IMG/VR virus record: IMGVR_UViG_3300013121_000015
Coordinates: 62,001-126,000 of that record
DNA from: an uncultured virus (IMG/VR IMGVR_UViG_3300013121_000015)
Lineage: Duplodnaviria; Heunggongvirae; Uroviricota; Caudoviricetes
DNA: 64,000 nucleotides
Direction: 5' to 3' (one strand)
The position numbers were made by a program, and so were the translations under genes. Below the pieces are notes generated by a model. It was given only the letters and a program-made list of their open reading frames with translations, ran no database searches and had not been told where the DNA came from. Shown in pieces: positions 37,032 through 47,150 of this stretch; the first letter of the stretch is position 1; every line of letters starts with the position of its first letter.

Positions 37032-37799
37032 ATGTCCGTCCTGATTCTTTCATCTTACCAGATCGCTGAGTTCTATCCATACAGCGACGAGTGTGACTTC
37101 GACGAGATGTCCCTTGAGGACAGGGTCGTGAAGTTCGCGAAGCACCACAAGCTCAACGCCAAGAAGATCAGCAAGTGGGACAACTACCCGCTGCGCGAAT
37201 GGATCGCGTCCACCAACCACGTTCTGACCTGGGTGTACCTCACCCGCTTCCTGGGCCCGGTCGGAAGGATCCTGGCGCTCAAGGTCGGATGTCTCGCCGC
37301 ACGTCGCGCACTGGTGTTCTGGGAGAACGAGGGCGGCGGTCGAAGCGAGCCGCGCGAGGTGATCGAGTACGTCGAGAAGCTGGTGAAGAAGTACGAGGCG
37401 AGCGCCCCGAGGGGCTCCGTGAAGGGTGCGCAGGCGCTCCGCTCATCGGCCTACGACCTCGCCCTGTACGTTCAGAACGACGTGGCGTTCCCGATGTCGA
37501 TCCCAGCGGTCGCGAGGGCTGGCGCCTCCGTGATCGAACGCCTCGGCATCGCCGCCGGAGAAGACGAGGACGACTGCTACTGCCTCGCGGAAGGCGTCAT
37601 GGCCGCCCTCATCAATGCCGCCGAGATCTACAAGCCGGAGTACGTCAAGACTGGGCTGTTGGAGTATTCGCTGCCCAAGTCTACGAAGCGCAACCGGTAC
37701 AAGCGGGAAGAGCAGGCGCGCCAGCGGGCCGACTTCCTGGCCGTGCTGGACGAGATCGAGGGCGTGACCGCCTCCAAGCCGGAGCAGGCGAGCCCCTGA
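37032..37799 (+). CDS. Hypothetical protein with Imm5-like segment
   Basis: AGGAG SD; CLAARRALVFWE....SEPREVIE; lower GC. Confidence 0.55.
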   Translation: MSVLILSSYQIAEFYPYSDECDFDEMSLEDRVVKFAKHHKLNAKKISKWDNYPLREWIASTNHVLTWVYLTRFLGPVGRILALKVGCLAARRALVFWENEGGGRSEPREVIEYVEKLVKKYEASAPRGSVKGAQALRSSAYDLALYVQNDVAFPMSIPAVARAGASVIERLGIAAGEDEDDCYCLAEGVMAALINAAEIYKPEYVKTGLLEYSLPKSTKRNRYKREEQARQRADFLAVLDEIEGVTASKPEQASP

Positions 37800-37844
37800 C
37801 GACATATAGATGCTGGCGGCTACCTCCAGGGCTGGAGGTGCCCC

Positions 37845-38339
37845 TTGTCAGGCCCAGCTACACTCCGTTCCTCACCTGGACTTCGTCACACGTTGGCGGG
37901 TGACGCCCTGGTCATCGGCTTCGACGCGCGCTTCGTGGACATGCAGAACGTCTGCGTCTTCCGACTCGCGCCCGCCATGGCCCTGTACCGCCTGTTGCTC
38001 GCGCAGGAGCGGTCCATGTGCGCGCCGCGCAACCGTGAGCCAACCGCTCAAACGGACGTGGAGCGGGTCGCGAACGCGATCCGGAGCATGGCGCTCGCCC
38101 TGGCGGGGTGGCCGTCGCCGACCACGGGTAGACAGGTGGACTTCGCGCTGGACGTGCAGAACGTGCTCGGCTGCATGGCCGGGGGCGCCATCGGCGCGTG
38201 GCAGGAGGCTACCGAACTGGCTGCCACGAGTTTCAGCGTGCGCGAGTTCCGCGTGATCGGCGAGGGGATCGCCAACCCGCGCGAGGTGACAGAGATCGCC
38301 ACGCCGCACTTCCGAGCGGTCTACCAGCGTTCAGCGTGA
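37845..38339 (+). CDS. Hypothetical protein
   Basis: Motif plus SD, TTG start. Confidence 0.6.
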   Translation: MSGPATLRSSPGLRHTLAGDALVIGFDARFVDMQNVCVFRLAPAMALYRLLLAQERSMCAPRNREPTAQTDVERVANAIRSMALALAGWPSPTTGRQVDFALDVQNVLGCMAGGAIGAWQEATELAATSFSVREFRVIGEGIANPREVTEIATPHFRAVYQRSA

Positions 38340-38348
38340 GGAGGCACC

Positions 38349-39209
38349 ATGGGTAGTAATGACCTGACGACGCGGAGAGGCGTGGCGCTCGCCCAAGAGC
38401 CCACGCCCGCCGCTTCCCGCCGACCGGCTGCGGCTGCCCAGCCCACCCACGGACCCGCCGGATCGGACTCCAGGGCCAAGCAGGATCTGCTGGTCACGCT
38501 CGCGCGCGAGCTGGTCGAGGCGCCCGACGACGTCACGGCACAACACGTTCGGTCCGCCCAGGAGCAGCACGCGGCGCTCCAAGCGGCTGCCGATGCGCTG
38601 GCGGCCGAGTTGGCGCGCACGCTCGGTCCTTGGACCCCGGATCAAGAGGCCACACGGGACGAGGTCTACAAGCGTCGGCGTGAGCGCAACGCGCGCCTGG
38701 AAAAAAGGCACAACCGGTACCTCACGCCCGAGGATCGGGCCGAAGAGCTGTCCGATCTCGACCTCCAGGTCTGGACTCGCCGGCAGATGAGCCGTGGCAC
38801 GATCATGCTGGCTATCGTCGGCAGCCCGACCGTCGGCTGGAGCTTCGGCACGACGACGCACCAGACGCCTGATGACGGCCTGTACGGGGCTATCACCACC
38901 GTCAGCGAGTTCGGGTCCTTCAAGCACGCCGACCTCGCCGTCGCGAAGGCCATGGCGGACATGATGGCGCGCCTCAAGGGATACCGGATGTCCGACCCTG
39001 AGCCAGTCGAGACGCTGATGCTCGCCGCTGGGGACCGGGTACAGCCGGTGCGGCCCAGCCTGGCCGGTGTGGAGCCTTGTCTCCTGCCTGGTCCGGGCGT
39101 GGAGCGGGAGCTGGAACCAGACGTCCAGCAGCAGGAGCCTGAGCCTGTCCGGGAGGAGGTACCAGCAGAACCGGACTCGATCTGGGCGCCCGTGTTCAGC
39201 GGTGGTTGA
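38349..39209 (+). CDS. Hypothetical protein
   Basis: GAGGAGG SD. Confidence 0.65.
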   Translation: MGSNDLTTRRGVALAQEPTPAASRRPAAAAQPTHGPAGSDSRAKQDLLVTLARELVEAPDDVTAQHVRSAQEQHAALQAAADALAAELARTLGPWTPDQEATRDEVYKRRRERNARLEKRHNRYLTPEDRAEELSDLDLQVWTRRQMSRGTIMLAIVGSPTVGWSFGTTTHQTPDDGLYGAITTVSEFGSFKHADLAVAKAMADMMARLKGYRMSDPEPVETLMLAAGDRVQPVRPSLAGVEPCLLPGPGVERELEPDVQQQEPEPVREEVPAEPDSIWAPVFSGG

Positions 39210-39256
39210 GGCGGTGGCCGCTGGTGAGCGGCTACCTCCCGTGCGGAGGTGTCCAC

Positions 39257-39829
39257 ATGGAGAACGGCCAGTTCATTCAGCGAGCCCAGCAGGTGTCTCG
39301 CGAGCTCCAGGAGCAGATCGACCGCGTGAAGGGCAAGCAGATCCGGGTGCTGCGCGCGGTGGTGTACGAGGGGGAGGGAGAGGCGGTCTTGCGCTGCCTC
39401 GCCGGCTCGCTTCCGGTTGGGACGAAGGTGGTCCCCAACCATGGGTCGCCGTACACGATCACGGTGAGCCAGGACAAGATCGTGACCCTGCCTGAGCCCG
39501 CCCGCATCCACATCGCGGACCTCGACCCGTCCACCCTGGTCGGGATCGCGCCCTGCGACGACGGGTCCGGTACGTGGGTGGTGATGGCCGTCCAGCCCGA
39601 CCCGGACGCGCCCACGATGGAGATCGTGGCCCCGGTCGGCGACGAGTATGGCGAGATCGCGTACACCGACATCCTGGACGCCGCCGAGGTGCTGCGGACC
39701 GGCCACGTCTGGCGGCACGACATGGGCGAGGACGCCGAGGAGGTGGATGACCCGGACTCGGGGCCCCTGGAAGCCACCGACGACCCAGACTCGGAGCCGC
39801 TCGACACCGCGTCGCCCACGGCTACCTGA
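39257..39829 (+). CDS. Hypothetical protein with acidic C-terminus
   Basis: Motif plus SD. Confidence 0.65.
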   Translation: MENGQFIQRAQQVSRELQEQIDRVKGKQIRVLRAVVYEGEGEAVLRCLAGSLPVGTKVVPNHGSPYTITVSQDKIVTLPEPARIHIADLDPSTLVGIAPCDDGSGTWVVMAVQPDPDAPTMEIVAPVGDEYGEIAYTDILDAAEVLRTGHVWRHDMGEDAEEVDDPDSGPLEATDDPDSEPLDTASPTAT

Positions 39830-39925
39830 TCCCCTGACCCGCACCCCGCCGCCGAGCCTCCCTCTCTCCCGCCTTGCCCCGCCCGTCCTGACCGGTTCCA
39901 CGCTTGCTCCCTGCTCGTCCACCCT

Positions 39926-39968
39926 GGCCCTGAGTCGCGCACCGGTCGCACTCGGGGCCTTCCTCTGT
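39926..39968 (+). terminator. Terminator-like hairpin
   Basis: GGCCCTGAGT/ACTCGGGGCC stem plus TTCCTCT, just before motif 39973. Confidence 0.45.
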
Positions 39969-39997
39969 CTGGGGCTACCCCTCCAGTGGAGGTGCCC

Positions 39998-40570
39998 ATG
40001 TCCGAGTACCCGTTCGAGATCCACCGTCCTGACGGGGTCGTGCTGCCCGTGGAGCACGGACTGTACCAGCACATCATCCAGACGCTGGAGCCGATTCAGC
40101 CCTGGGACCTGTACGTGACGACGCCACCAACCATCGCGCCGGTCAACACCTGCATCGTCCGCGTCGGCCAGGTCTGTCCGCACGGCTACCGCCTCGACCC
40201 TGCCGGCGTCCAGATGCAGGGCTGGGGCTGCCGCGTGGTGGCGCTCGATCACTCGCTCGACCTGCCGGGCCTCGACACCGACCGGCTCCCGCCTGGGCTG
40301 GTCCGGGAGCTCATCGCGCTGCCGGTGGGCTCCCCCGTCGAGGTGCTGCTGGACGATGGGCGCGTGGTCGTCACGACGGTCCGCCGCGCCGCCTCGGACC
40401 TGCACGGGACGTGGGTGGCGTGGCTCCAGGGCTTCACCGGCTGCTACCTGCTCACCCGGTGCCGTCCCGCTGGGTGGGCCTACTGGTCGAAGCGGCTGGA
40501 CCGGACGGAGGCGAGCACGTCGCTCCGGGTGGACATCGTGGCGGGAGAGGTGACGGGACGCGAGCGGTAG
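39998..40570 (+). CDS. Hypothetical protein
   Basis: Motif plus SD. Confidence 0.6.
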   Translation: MSEYPFEIHRPDGVVLPVEHGLYQHIIQTLEPIQPWDLYVTTPPTIAPVNTCIVRVGQVCPHGYRLDPAGVQMQGWGCRVVALDHSLDLPGLDTDRLPPGLVRELIALPVGSPVEVLLDDGRVVVTTVRRAASDLHGTWVAWLQGFTGCYLLTRCRPAGWAYWSKRLDRTEASTSLRVDIVAGEVTGRER

Positions 40571-40596
40571 GGGCTACCCCGGACCAGGAGTACACC

Positions 40597-40824
40597 ATGC
40601 GCTCAGCCTTCGCCCTGTCCCTGATCGCGCCCGCGGCGTCCGCGTCTACTGGACCAGCTCCGTCCGTCTCGGACCCGTCCGCTCCCGCCAGCCCGCGTCC
40701 CGACCCGGGCCTGCCGATCCGCTTCGAGCACGTTCACGGGACCGCCAGCGCCCGCCTGTACAGCAGCTCGCCCGGGAGTCGCCAGCGCAAGCGCCGCAAG
40801 GCCCAGCGTCAGGGTGGACGCTGA
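40597..40824 (+). CDS. Hypothetical protein
   Basis: AGGAG SD. Confidence 0.5.
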   Translation: MRSAFALSLIAPAASASTGPAPSVSDPSAPASPRPDPGLPIRFEHVHGTASARLYSSSPGSRQRKRRKAQRQGGR

Positions 40825-41150
40825 TGCCCACCTACGCCGTGGACCTGGGCGACGTGATGAGCCAGTACGTCACGGACGCGCCGACGCCCTACGACGCGGT
40901 GGTGGACGCCGCACGGTCCACGGGTCAGCTCGACGGGTGGGCGCCCGGCGTCTACCGGATCGGCGTGACCGTGGGTGTGGTTCTTCAGCCCGCGTGCGCC
41001 GTCGAGGACGACCCCTGCGACCAGACGCCCTGCGACTGCGAGGAGCTGATCACGGGCGGCGACCTCGTGACGGTGCCGGTCCGGCTGGCGCGGGACGGTA
41101 CCGGGCGGGTCGTGCTGAGCCGGGTGTTCGGGTCAGCGTCCAACACGTAG
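40824..41150 (+). CDS. Hypothetical protein
   Basis: TGATG coupling. Confidence 0.55.
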   Translation: MPTYAVDLGDVMSQYVTDAPTPYDAVVDAARSTGQLDGWAPGVYRIGVTVGVVLQPACAVEDDPCDQTPCDCEELITGGDLVTVPVRLARDGTGRVVLSRVFGSASNT

Positions 41151-41178
41151 GGGCTACCTCCGCGCAGGAGGTGTCCTG

Positions 41179-43344
41179 ATGTCTGACCCCGTCACGCCGG
41201 AACCGACCGGCGCCGTTCCTACCATCCCCCCGGACATGCTCGACGACCTGCGCGTGCATGTCGCGGCGGACCATCCCGTCATGGCGATCCGCGACGTGCG
41301 CCGCCGGCTCGGGTGCGACCTGCGCACGGCGAAGCGGCTGGTCGAGGCGTCCTTCGGCCCGCTTGCCACCCGGCTGGAGCGTCGGCCCGACGGCAGCGTG
41401 AAGATCACGGGTCCGGGGATGTCCCCGCCCGTTCATGTGGTCCACGGGGTCAAGCTGGACGATCCCGACCTGTTCTACGCGGTGATGCACGCCGTCAACG
41501 GCAACGACCCGGATGCGGTCAGGTGCATCTCCGACCAGTTCCACCTGTCCCCGCTGGAAGCCGAGCGGGTCCTGCACGCGCTCCAGGGCGAAGGGTTTCG
41601 TTTGGTGGGCTGCTACCTCGACACGCGCGGCAGGCTCCGGCAGGCGCGGTCGGGGTCCGAGATCCTGGACGAGACGGCGTCCAGCTTCACGCCCCCGACC
41701 GCGCCTGCCGAGCCCAAGCCCGCCCTGTTCGACGGTCCCGACGAGGACACCGACGACCCCGTGTCGGAGCCGCACCTGGGCTTCGGCGGGACGCTGCTGA
41801 CCATGCCGTCCGCCACCCACCCGAGCGGCGTGCGGCGCGTCAGCCTGGACGAGATCGACGCGGTGTTCGCGATCCTGGACCAGCAGGCGCGCCAGTCCGG
41901 GGAGGAGACGGAGACCTACGACCGAACCCTGGCGTGGATGGTCGCCGAGGTCGAGCGGCTGGACGCCATCGAGTCTGCCTTCCTCGCGGTCAACGAGGTC
42001 TGCCCGCCTTCGGACTGGCTGCGCGACCTCAAGCGCGCCCTGCACGACGTGGACGAGCTGGCGGCGCTGCGGGACCATGCCCAGCGCACGCGGCTGGCGG
42101 AGCTCGAAGCGCACGGGCGACAGGCGACCCTCCCCTTCGTCACGGTCACGCCTGACGCGTTCGGCACGGGCTGGACGGTGACGGTCCGGCCCACGGACAT
42201 GGTCGCGACCTACAGCGTGGACGTCGAGGCGCCCGCACCCGATCCGATCCAGAACTGCACGACCTGCCAGCACGCGGGCGCCTACACCTGCGACCTGCTC
42301 GGGTCCATGCGCTCCGAGGCGCTGGCGTGGCGCGCGTCCAACACGACCGGGAAAGACTGCCCGGGGTGGGAGAGGAAGCGCGAGGAGCCGGCCCCGCTAC
42401 CCATCCCACCCGAGACGCTGGACGGGCCCCGTCCCGACTGGCTCCCCGAGGGCTGGACGCACCGGATGGGCCACTACTACGGCCCCGACGGCGAGCAGGT
42501 CTTCACCCACGGGGCCGCCCACGCCTGCGCCTGGGGGTCGCGGCACTCGGACATCGAGGCGCAGACCGACTGGACCGAGTACGACAAGCGGGCGCTGGTG
42601 CTCGCGCTGGCGGATCCGAAGGGCACGATCCAGTCCGCGTCCCTCCGCACCCGCGCCGAGTCCTGGCTGCTGTCCGATAATTGCACGGACGCGACCCTGT
42701 ACGAGACCGGGGCGCACGACGCGGCCATGCACATCCTGTCCGGGGACGGCGACGGACCCGACCCGCGCACGACCCTGCGCGGCAAGCTGGCGGACGCCTA
42801 CACCACCATCGCCGGACTCGCCGACCTGCTGGGTCAGCGCGTCGAGGTGCCCCCGGAGTACCAGTCCATCGCCGAGGCGAGCTGCGCCGCGTGGCTCTCC
42901 CAGCAGGTCGAGCAGAACCCCGCCGCGCTGAACTTCCTGGAGGACGGCTGGACGTGGATCACGGGGAAGGGTGAGCAGATCCGGCTGGTCGCCACGGTCC
43001 AGCGCATTGAGGGCCAGACGCCGGGCCAGATGGTCGGCGCGCTCAGGGCCGAGGTCGCGGCGCTGCGCGGCCAGGTAGACCGCCTCCAGGCCATCCTGGA
43101 CGCCGAGAGCGGCACGCGGGGCCTGCCCGGCTGGACGTGGTCGCCTGCGGACGACGCGTGGCACCTGCCCGACCCTGCGCGGCCCGGACAGCTCGCTGCC
43201 CGTGTGCTCGGTCGCTGCGCGCACCTGATCGAGCTCTACGGCGTCCGAGGCAACGTCCACTCCCGGACCCGCCAGGGCTGCTCGAGCGCGCTGGAGGGCA
43301 TGGAGCGCGTGACCGCCGAGCGGGCCCAGGGTGACGTCCGCTGA
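41179..43344 (+). CDS. Large mosaic protein with N-terminal bL12-CTD-like motif
   Basis: MAIRDVRRRLGCDLRTAKRLVE; Cys cluster; coiled coil. Confidence 0.65.
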   Translation: MSDPVTPEPTGAVPTIPPDMLDDLRVHVAADHPVMAIRDVRRRLGCDLRTAKRLVEASFGPLATRLERRPDGSVKITGPGMSPPVHVVHGVKLDDPDLFYAVMHAVNGNDPDAVRCISDQFHLSPLEAERVLHALQGEGFRLVGCYLDTRGRLRQARSGSEILDETASSFTPPTAPAEPKPALFDGPDEDTDDPVSEPHLGFGGTLLTMPSATHPSGVRRVSLDEIDAVFAILDQQARQSGEETETYDRTLAWMVAEVERLDAIESAFLAVNEVCPPSDWLRDLKRALHDVDELAALRDHAQRTRLAELEAHGRQATLPFVTVTPDAFGTGWTVTVRPTDMVATYSVDVEAPAPDPIQNCTTCQHAGAYTCDLLGSMRSEALAWRASNTTGKDCPGWERKREEPAPLPIPPETLDGPRPDWLPEGWTHRMGHYYGPDGEQVFTHGAAHACAWGSRHSDIEAQTDWTEYDKRALVLALADPKGTIQSASLRTRAESWLLSDNCTDATLYETGAHDAAMHILSGDGDGPDPRTTLRGKLADAYTTIAGLADLLGQRVEVPPEYQSIAEASCAAWLSQQVEQNPAALNFLEDGWTWITGKGEQIRLVATVQRIEGQTPGQMVGALRAEVAALRGQVDRLQAILDAESGTRGLPGWTWSPADDAWHLPDPARPGQLAARVLGRCAHLIELYGVRGNVHSRTRQGCSSALEGMERVTAERAQGDVR

Positions 43345-43426
43345 TCCCGGGCTACCTCCACTCGCGCACACCGGGGCGCAACCCGCCCCGCGCGCCGATC
43401 CCCACCCCAGACCCCACGAGGTCACC

Positions 43427-43708
43427 ATGCGTATCTACTCGTCGTTCCTGTTCGCCCTGTTCATCGCCAGCCTGAGCCTGGACGGCTGCAAGACGTCGCC
43501 CCCGGCGGACGCGCCCAGCGCCAGCGAGGCCCCCGCGGAGCCCGTCGAGGCCCAGCCCGCCGTGACGGCCGCGCCGGTGGAGCCCAGCGTCACCACGCCC
43601 GCCCAGGACGCCAGCAGCGCCCCCACGGCGCCCGCCACCGACGCGGCCACGCCCACCACCCCGGCCCAGCCCGCGCCCGCGCAGGGGACCGCCCAGACCG
43701 CGAACTGA
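43427..43708 (+). CDS. Putative lipoprotein, Pro/Ala/Thr-rich
   Basis: Signal peptide ending LDGC; low-complexity tail. Confidence 0.6.
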   Translation: MRIYSSFLFALFIASLSLDGCKTSPPADAPSASEAPAEPVEAQPAVTAAPVEPSVTTPAQDASSAPTAPATDAATPTTPAQPAPAQGTAQTAN

Positions 43709-43730
43709 CCCGGCCCAGCGGCTACAGCCT

Positions 43731-43772
43731 CACCCCGGACCGGTTCACGCTGGTCCGGGGTGTTCGCGTCTT
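43731..43772 (+). terminator. Hairpin plus TTCGCGTCTT tail
   Basis: CACCCCGGACC/GGTCCGGGGTG 11-bp stem, 3 bp before motif 43776. Confidence 0.55.
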
Positions 43773-43802
43773 GAGGGCTACCCCTGGACCTGGAGGTATC
43801 CC

Positions 43803-44081
43803 ATGCACTGCAACCCCTCCGACGGGACCGGCTTCAAGAACACCCACCAGCTCGACGACCTGATCCCGGGCTGGGCCGAGGTGGACGTCTACGTCCTCCT
43901 GGACGCGGTGCGCGCCCTGGACGTGCCGCACGACGTCGCGCCCTGTAGTTGCTGCGGGACTGGAGACGTGGACCAGGACGACCCCTGGTACGGGACGCCC
44001 GGCGAGCACTACACGGACGCGGACCCGATGGGCAAGGACGGACCATACGCCTACAACGGCGGGCTGTGCGAGTGCCATTGA
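43803..44081 (+). CDS. Hypothetical protein
   Basis: Motif plus SD. Confidence 0.6.
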   Translation: MHCNPSDGTGFKNTHQLDDLIPGWAEVDVYVLLDAVRALDVPHDVAPCSCCGTGDVDQDDPWYGTPGEHYTDADPMGKDGPYAYNGGLCECH

Positions 44082-44122
44082 TGGGCTGGGGCTACCTCCC
44101 GCACCTGACCGGAGGTGCCGCC

Positions 44123-44443
44123 GTGCCCCTGAACGCCTACTCCGTGACGGTGCTGCCCCGTGGCGCCCACCCTGCGCTGGACGTGGCCGGGTGCTGCGCG
44201 GAGATCGACCGGCTCCTGGCGCCGCCCTGGACGCACGACGAGGCCCACGGCGCCCACCCTGGACGGGGCTACGACGTGACCGCGCTCACGGTCGAGGCGC
44301 GGGGCGAACTCCGCGCGCTGTACGTCGCCGAGCACTGGCGGGTGGTCGCTGAGCCGGGTCCGCCGTCCGTCCCCATGCAGGACCGGGACCGCGTGTACTT
44401 CCGGTTCCGTCTGCCGGTCCGGGGTGACGAGGGCGCGCGCTGA
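44123..44443 (+). CDS. Hypothetical protein
   Basis: Motif plus SD, GTG start. Confidence 0.55.
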   Translation: MPLNAYSVTVLPRGAHPALDVAGCCAEIDRLLAPPWTHDEAHGAHPGRGYDVTALTVEARGELRALYVAEHWRVVAEPGPPSVPMQDRDRVYFRFRLPVRGDEGAR

Positions 44444-44475
44444 GCCGGGGCTACCTCCGGGGCTGGAGGTGTGCA

Positions 44476-45033
44476 TTGACCTGCATCGTCGGGCTGGCAG
44501 ACCGTGGCACCGTCTACTTGGGCGGGGACTCCGCGGCGGTGGGCGGGCTGAGCATCGAGACGCGCGCGGACCCCAAGGTGTTTGTCCGGGACGGCGTGAT
44601 CTTCGGGTTCACCTCGTCCTTCCGAATGGGTCAGCTCCTCCAGTACGCGCTCCAGATCCCGGAACAGAGCGCGCGCCAGACGGACATGGCCTACCTCGTG
44701 ACCACGTTCGCGGACGCCGTGCGGGCGCTCTACCGGGAGCGCGGGTTCATGGGCAAGGTCGGCGAGCGCGAAGACGGCGGGACGTTCCTGCTGGGCTACC
44801 GGGGCCGGCTCTACAAGGTGGCGGACGACTTCCATGTCGCGCAGGTCGCCCACCCCTACGACGCGGTCGGGTGCGGGGGCGAGTTGGCGCTGGGCGCGCT
44901 CTACGCGACGGCGGACTGCGGGTTGGACCCCGAGGCCCGAATCCGGGTGGCGCTCGCCGCTGCGGCCGAGTTCAGCGCCGGGGTGCGCCCGCCGTTCCAC
45001 GTCCTGCGGCTGCCTAGCACGGAGACGTCCTGA
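44476..45033 (+). CDS. Ntn-hydrolase (HslV / proteasome-beta-like) peptidase
   Basis: N-terminal (M)TCIVG..GGDS, PKVF, AVGCGGELALGAL. Confidence 0.8.
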   Translation: MTCIVGLADRGTVYLGGDSAAVGGLSIETRADPKVFVRDGVIFGFTSSFRMGQLLQYALQIPEQSARQTDMAYLVTTFADAVRALYRERGFMGKVGEREDGGTFLLGYRGRLYKVADDFHVAQVAHPYDAVGCGGELALGALYATADCGLDPEARIRVALAAAAEFSAGVRPPFHVLRLPSTETS

Positions 45034-45338
45034 TGGACCCGCTCGTCCTCACCCCGGCTCAGTTCGCATGTCTGCCCGCCCGGACCCGCAGGTCCGCGCC
45101 CCGCGTGGTCGGGTACACCTGGCGCGAGGGCGAGGGCGCGTCAGCGACCGTCCACCGCTGGACGCCCGGCGCGTTCGGGGTGCTGGTCCCGCAGGTCCGG
45201 AGCGTGGCCCTGGTCCCCGCGGGCGCCGTCGTGCGTCGCGTGGACGCCGGCTGGGAAGGGTGGCGGCAGGACGCGCCGCACCGGAAGGTGCTGGGGACGT
45301 GTCCGGGGGACGTGGCGCAGGCGCTCCAGACGGTATGA
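45033..45338 (+). CDS. Hypothetical protein
   Basis: TGATG coupling. Confidence 0.5.
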   Translation: MDPLVLTPAQFACLPARTRRSAPRVVGYTWREGEGASATVHRWTPGAFGVLVPQVRSVALVPAGAVVRRVDAGWEGWRQDAPHRKVLGTCPGDVAQALQTV

Positions 45339-45377
45339 CCCGCGATCCGTGCGGCTACCTCCACGCCGGAGGTGCCC

Positions 45378-45629
45378 ATGTTCGACGCGCTGCACGCGCT
45401 CCCCTTCGTCAACGGTCTCGGTCAGCCCACCGGCAGCTACGTCGTGCTGGCGGTCCTCATCTTCGGGCTGGTCATGCTCGACCAGCTCCGCCTGGACGTG
45501 CCGCGTGGTCGGACGGTCGGCGACGCCTTCCCGGACGCTCCCCACCCGGACCTGACCGACCCCTTCCCCGACGGCGACCTGGACTGCGCGTCCGTCGGGC
45601 GTGGCCCCCGGGTCGGCGCCCGACGCTGA
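45378..45629 (+). CDS. Small membrane protein
   Basis: Motif plus SD; one hydrophobic helix. Confidence 0.55.
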   Translation: MFDALHALPFVNGLGQPTGSYVVLAVLIFGLVMLDQLRLDVPRGRTVGDAFPDAPHPDLTDPFPDGDLDCASVGRGPRVGARR

Positions 45630-45675
45630 CGCCGCTTTTCCAGTCTCTTCCCCGTTCCTCACCAGGAGTCTGCCG

Positions 45676-46797
45676 ATGAACATCACCGTATCCAAGGACG
45701 TGCTCACGAAGGCGCTGGCCCGCGCGCAGGGCATCGTGAAGCACTCGACCACGAACCCCGCGCTGAGCTGCGTCCTGCTCCGCGCGCGCGGCGACAAGCT
45801 CACGGTCTGCGCCACCGACACCATGGTCACGCTCGTCGCGGAGTACCCCGCCAGCGTGTTCCAGGAGGACGAGGTCGCCGTGGACGGGCGCCTGCTGTAC
45901 CAGATCGTGCGCGCGGCCCCCGGTCCCGACCTCGACCTGGAGGTCAAGGGCAAGACGCGGCTGCGCGTCACGAGCGGGACCAGCGCGTCCCACCTCAACC
46001 TGTTCCCCGTGGACGACTACCCGCCGCTGACGAAGCTCGAGGCGGCGAGCCAGTCCCTGACGCTCACCGGGGCCGGATTGGCGCGGCTGATCACCGGCAC
46101 GGGCTACGCCGTGGACGACAACGAGAGCCGCTACGGGCTCAACGGCGCGCACATGGAGTCCGTGCCCGGTCCGGACGGCTCCAGGTTGCTGCGCATGGTG
46201 GCGACCGACGGCAGCCGCATGTCCTGGGCGCAGGTCCCGTTCGAGGGCACCGTCGGGTTGGACCGCCGGTCGCTGCTGGCGCCCAAGGGGCTCACCGAGG
46301 TCCTCAAGCTGATCGAGACGAGCAACCAGCCCTGGACCGTGTCCTTCGCGCCCCGGACGACCGCCTTCGAGGCGCCCGGGGTCCGGCTGCTGTCCAGGAA
46401 CGTGGAGGGCGAGTTCCCGGACTACAAGCAGGTGCTCCCGACCGGGTACCACCGCGAGTGCAAGGTCGAGCGCGGCCCGTTCATCGAGGCGGCCAAGCGG
46501 ATCGGGCTGTTCGCCACGGACCACAACCACTCGGTAGGCTTCCACTTCGAGGAGTCCCGGCTGGTGCTGGTCGCCGAGAACCGGGACTCCGGCGACGGGC
46601 GCGAGGAGGTCCCCGCCGAGCTGTCCGGCGACCCCATGACCACGGGCTTCAACCTCTCCTACGTCCTGGAGGCGCTGTCGGTCACGCGGGGGAAGTCCAT
46701 CACCTTCCGCATGAACGGTCAGTTGGACCCGACCAACCTGCACGTCGAGGGCGAGGACGACGTGTTCACCATCGTCATGCCGATGCGGCTGGACTGA
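45676..46797 (+). CDS. dnaN: DNA polymerase III beta sliding clamp
   Basis: ATD, ESRYGLNG, RMVATDGSRMS, VEGEFPDYKQVLP, GFNLSYVLEAL, C-terminal IVMPMRL. Confidence 0.95.
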   Translation: MNITVSKDVLTKALARAQGIVKHSTTNPALSCVLLRARGDKLTVCATDTMVTLVAEYPASVFQEDEVAVDGRLLYQIVRAAPGPDLDLEVKGKTRLRVTSGTSASHLNLFPVDDYPPLTKLEAASQSLTLTGAGLARLITGTGYAVDDNESRYGLNGAHMESVPGPDGSRLLRMVATDGSRMSWAQVPFEGTVGLDRRSLLAPKGLTEVLKLIETSNQPWTVSFAPRTTAFEAPGVRLLSRNVEGEFPDYKQVLPTGYHRECKVERGPFIEAAKRIGLFATDHNHSVGFHFEESRLVLVAENRDSGDGREEVPAELSGDPMTTGFNLSYVLEALSVTRGKSITFRMNGQLDPTNLHVEGEDDVFTIVMPMRLD

Positions 46798-46799
46798 CC

Positions 46800-47150
46800 A
46801 TGGACCTCGCGGACGTGCTGCGAAGTGAGCTGTCGGGCGTCCGAGTCTCCACCGAATCGGAGATCCAGGCGTGGATCGCGCGGATCCTGACCGCGCACCG
46901 CATCGCGCACGTCCGCGAGGGCACGCTGGGCGACGTCGGCCGACCGGACTTCCTGGTCGGTCGGGTCGCCGTCGAGGTGAAGATCAAGGGGTCGCGCACG
47001 GACCTGATGCGACAGGTCCAGCGGTACGCGAGCCACCCGGACGTGTCCGAGGTGCTGGTCGTCACGACGCGACTGGCCCACCGGCTCCCGGCGACGCTGG
47101 CAGCCAAGCCGGTGACGGTCGTGTGCGTCACGGCGTTCGGGGTGGTCTGA
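46800..47150 (+). CDS. PD-(D/E)XK nuclease-like protein
   Basis: E.EIQ, GRPDFLV..VAVEVK, QVQRY. Confidence 0.75.
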   Translation: MDLADVLRSELSGVRVSTESEIQAWIARILTAHRIAHVREGTLGDVGRPDFLVGRVAVEVKIKGSRTDLMRQVQRYASHPDVSEVLVVTTRLAHRLPATLAAKPVTVVCVTAFGVV

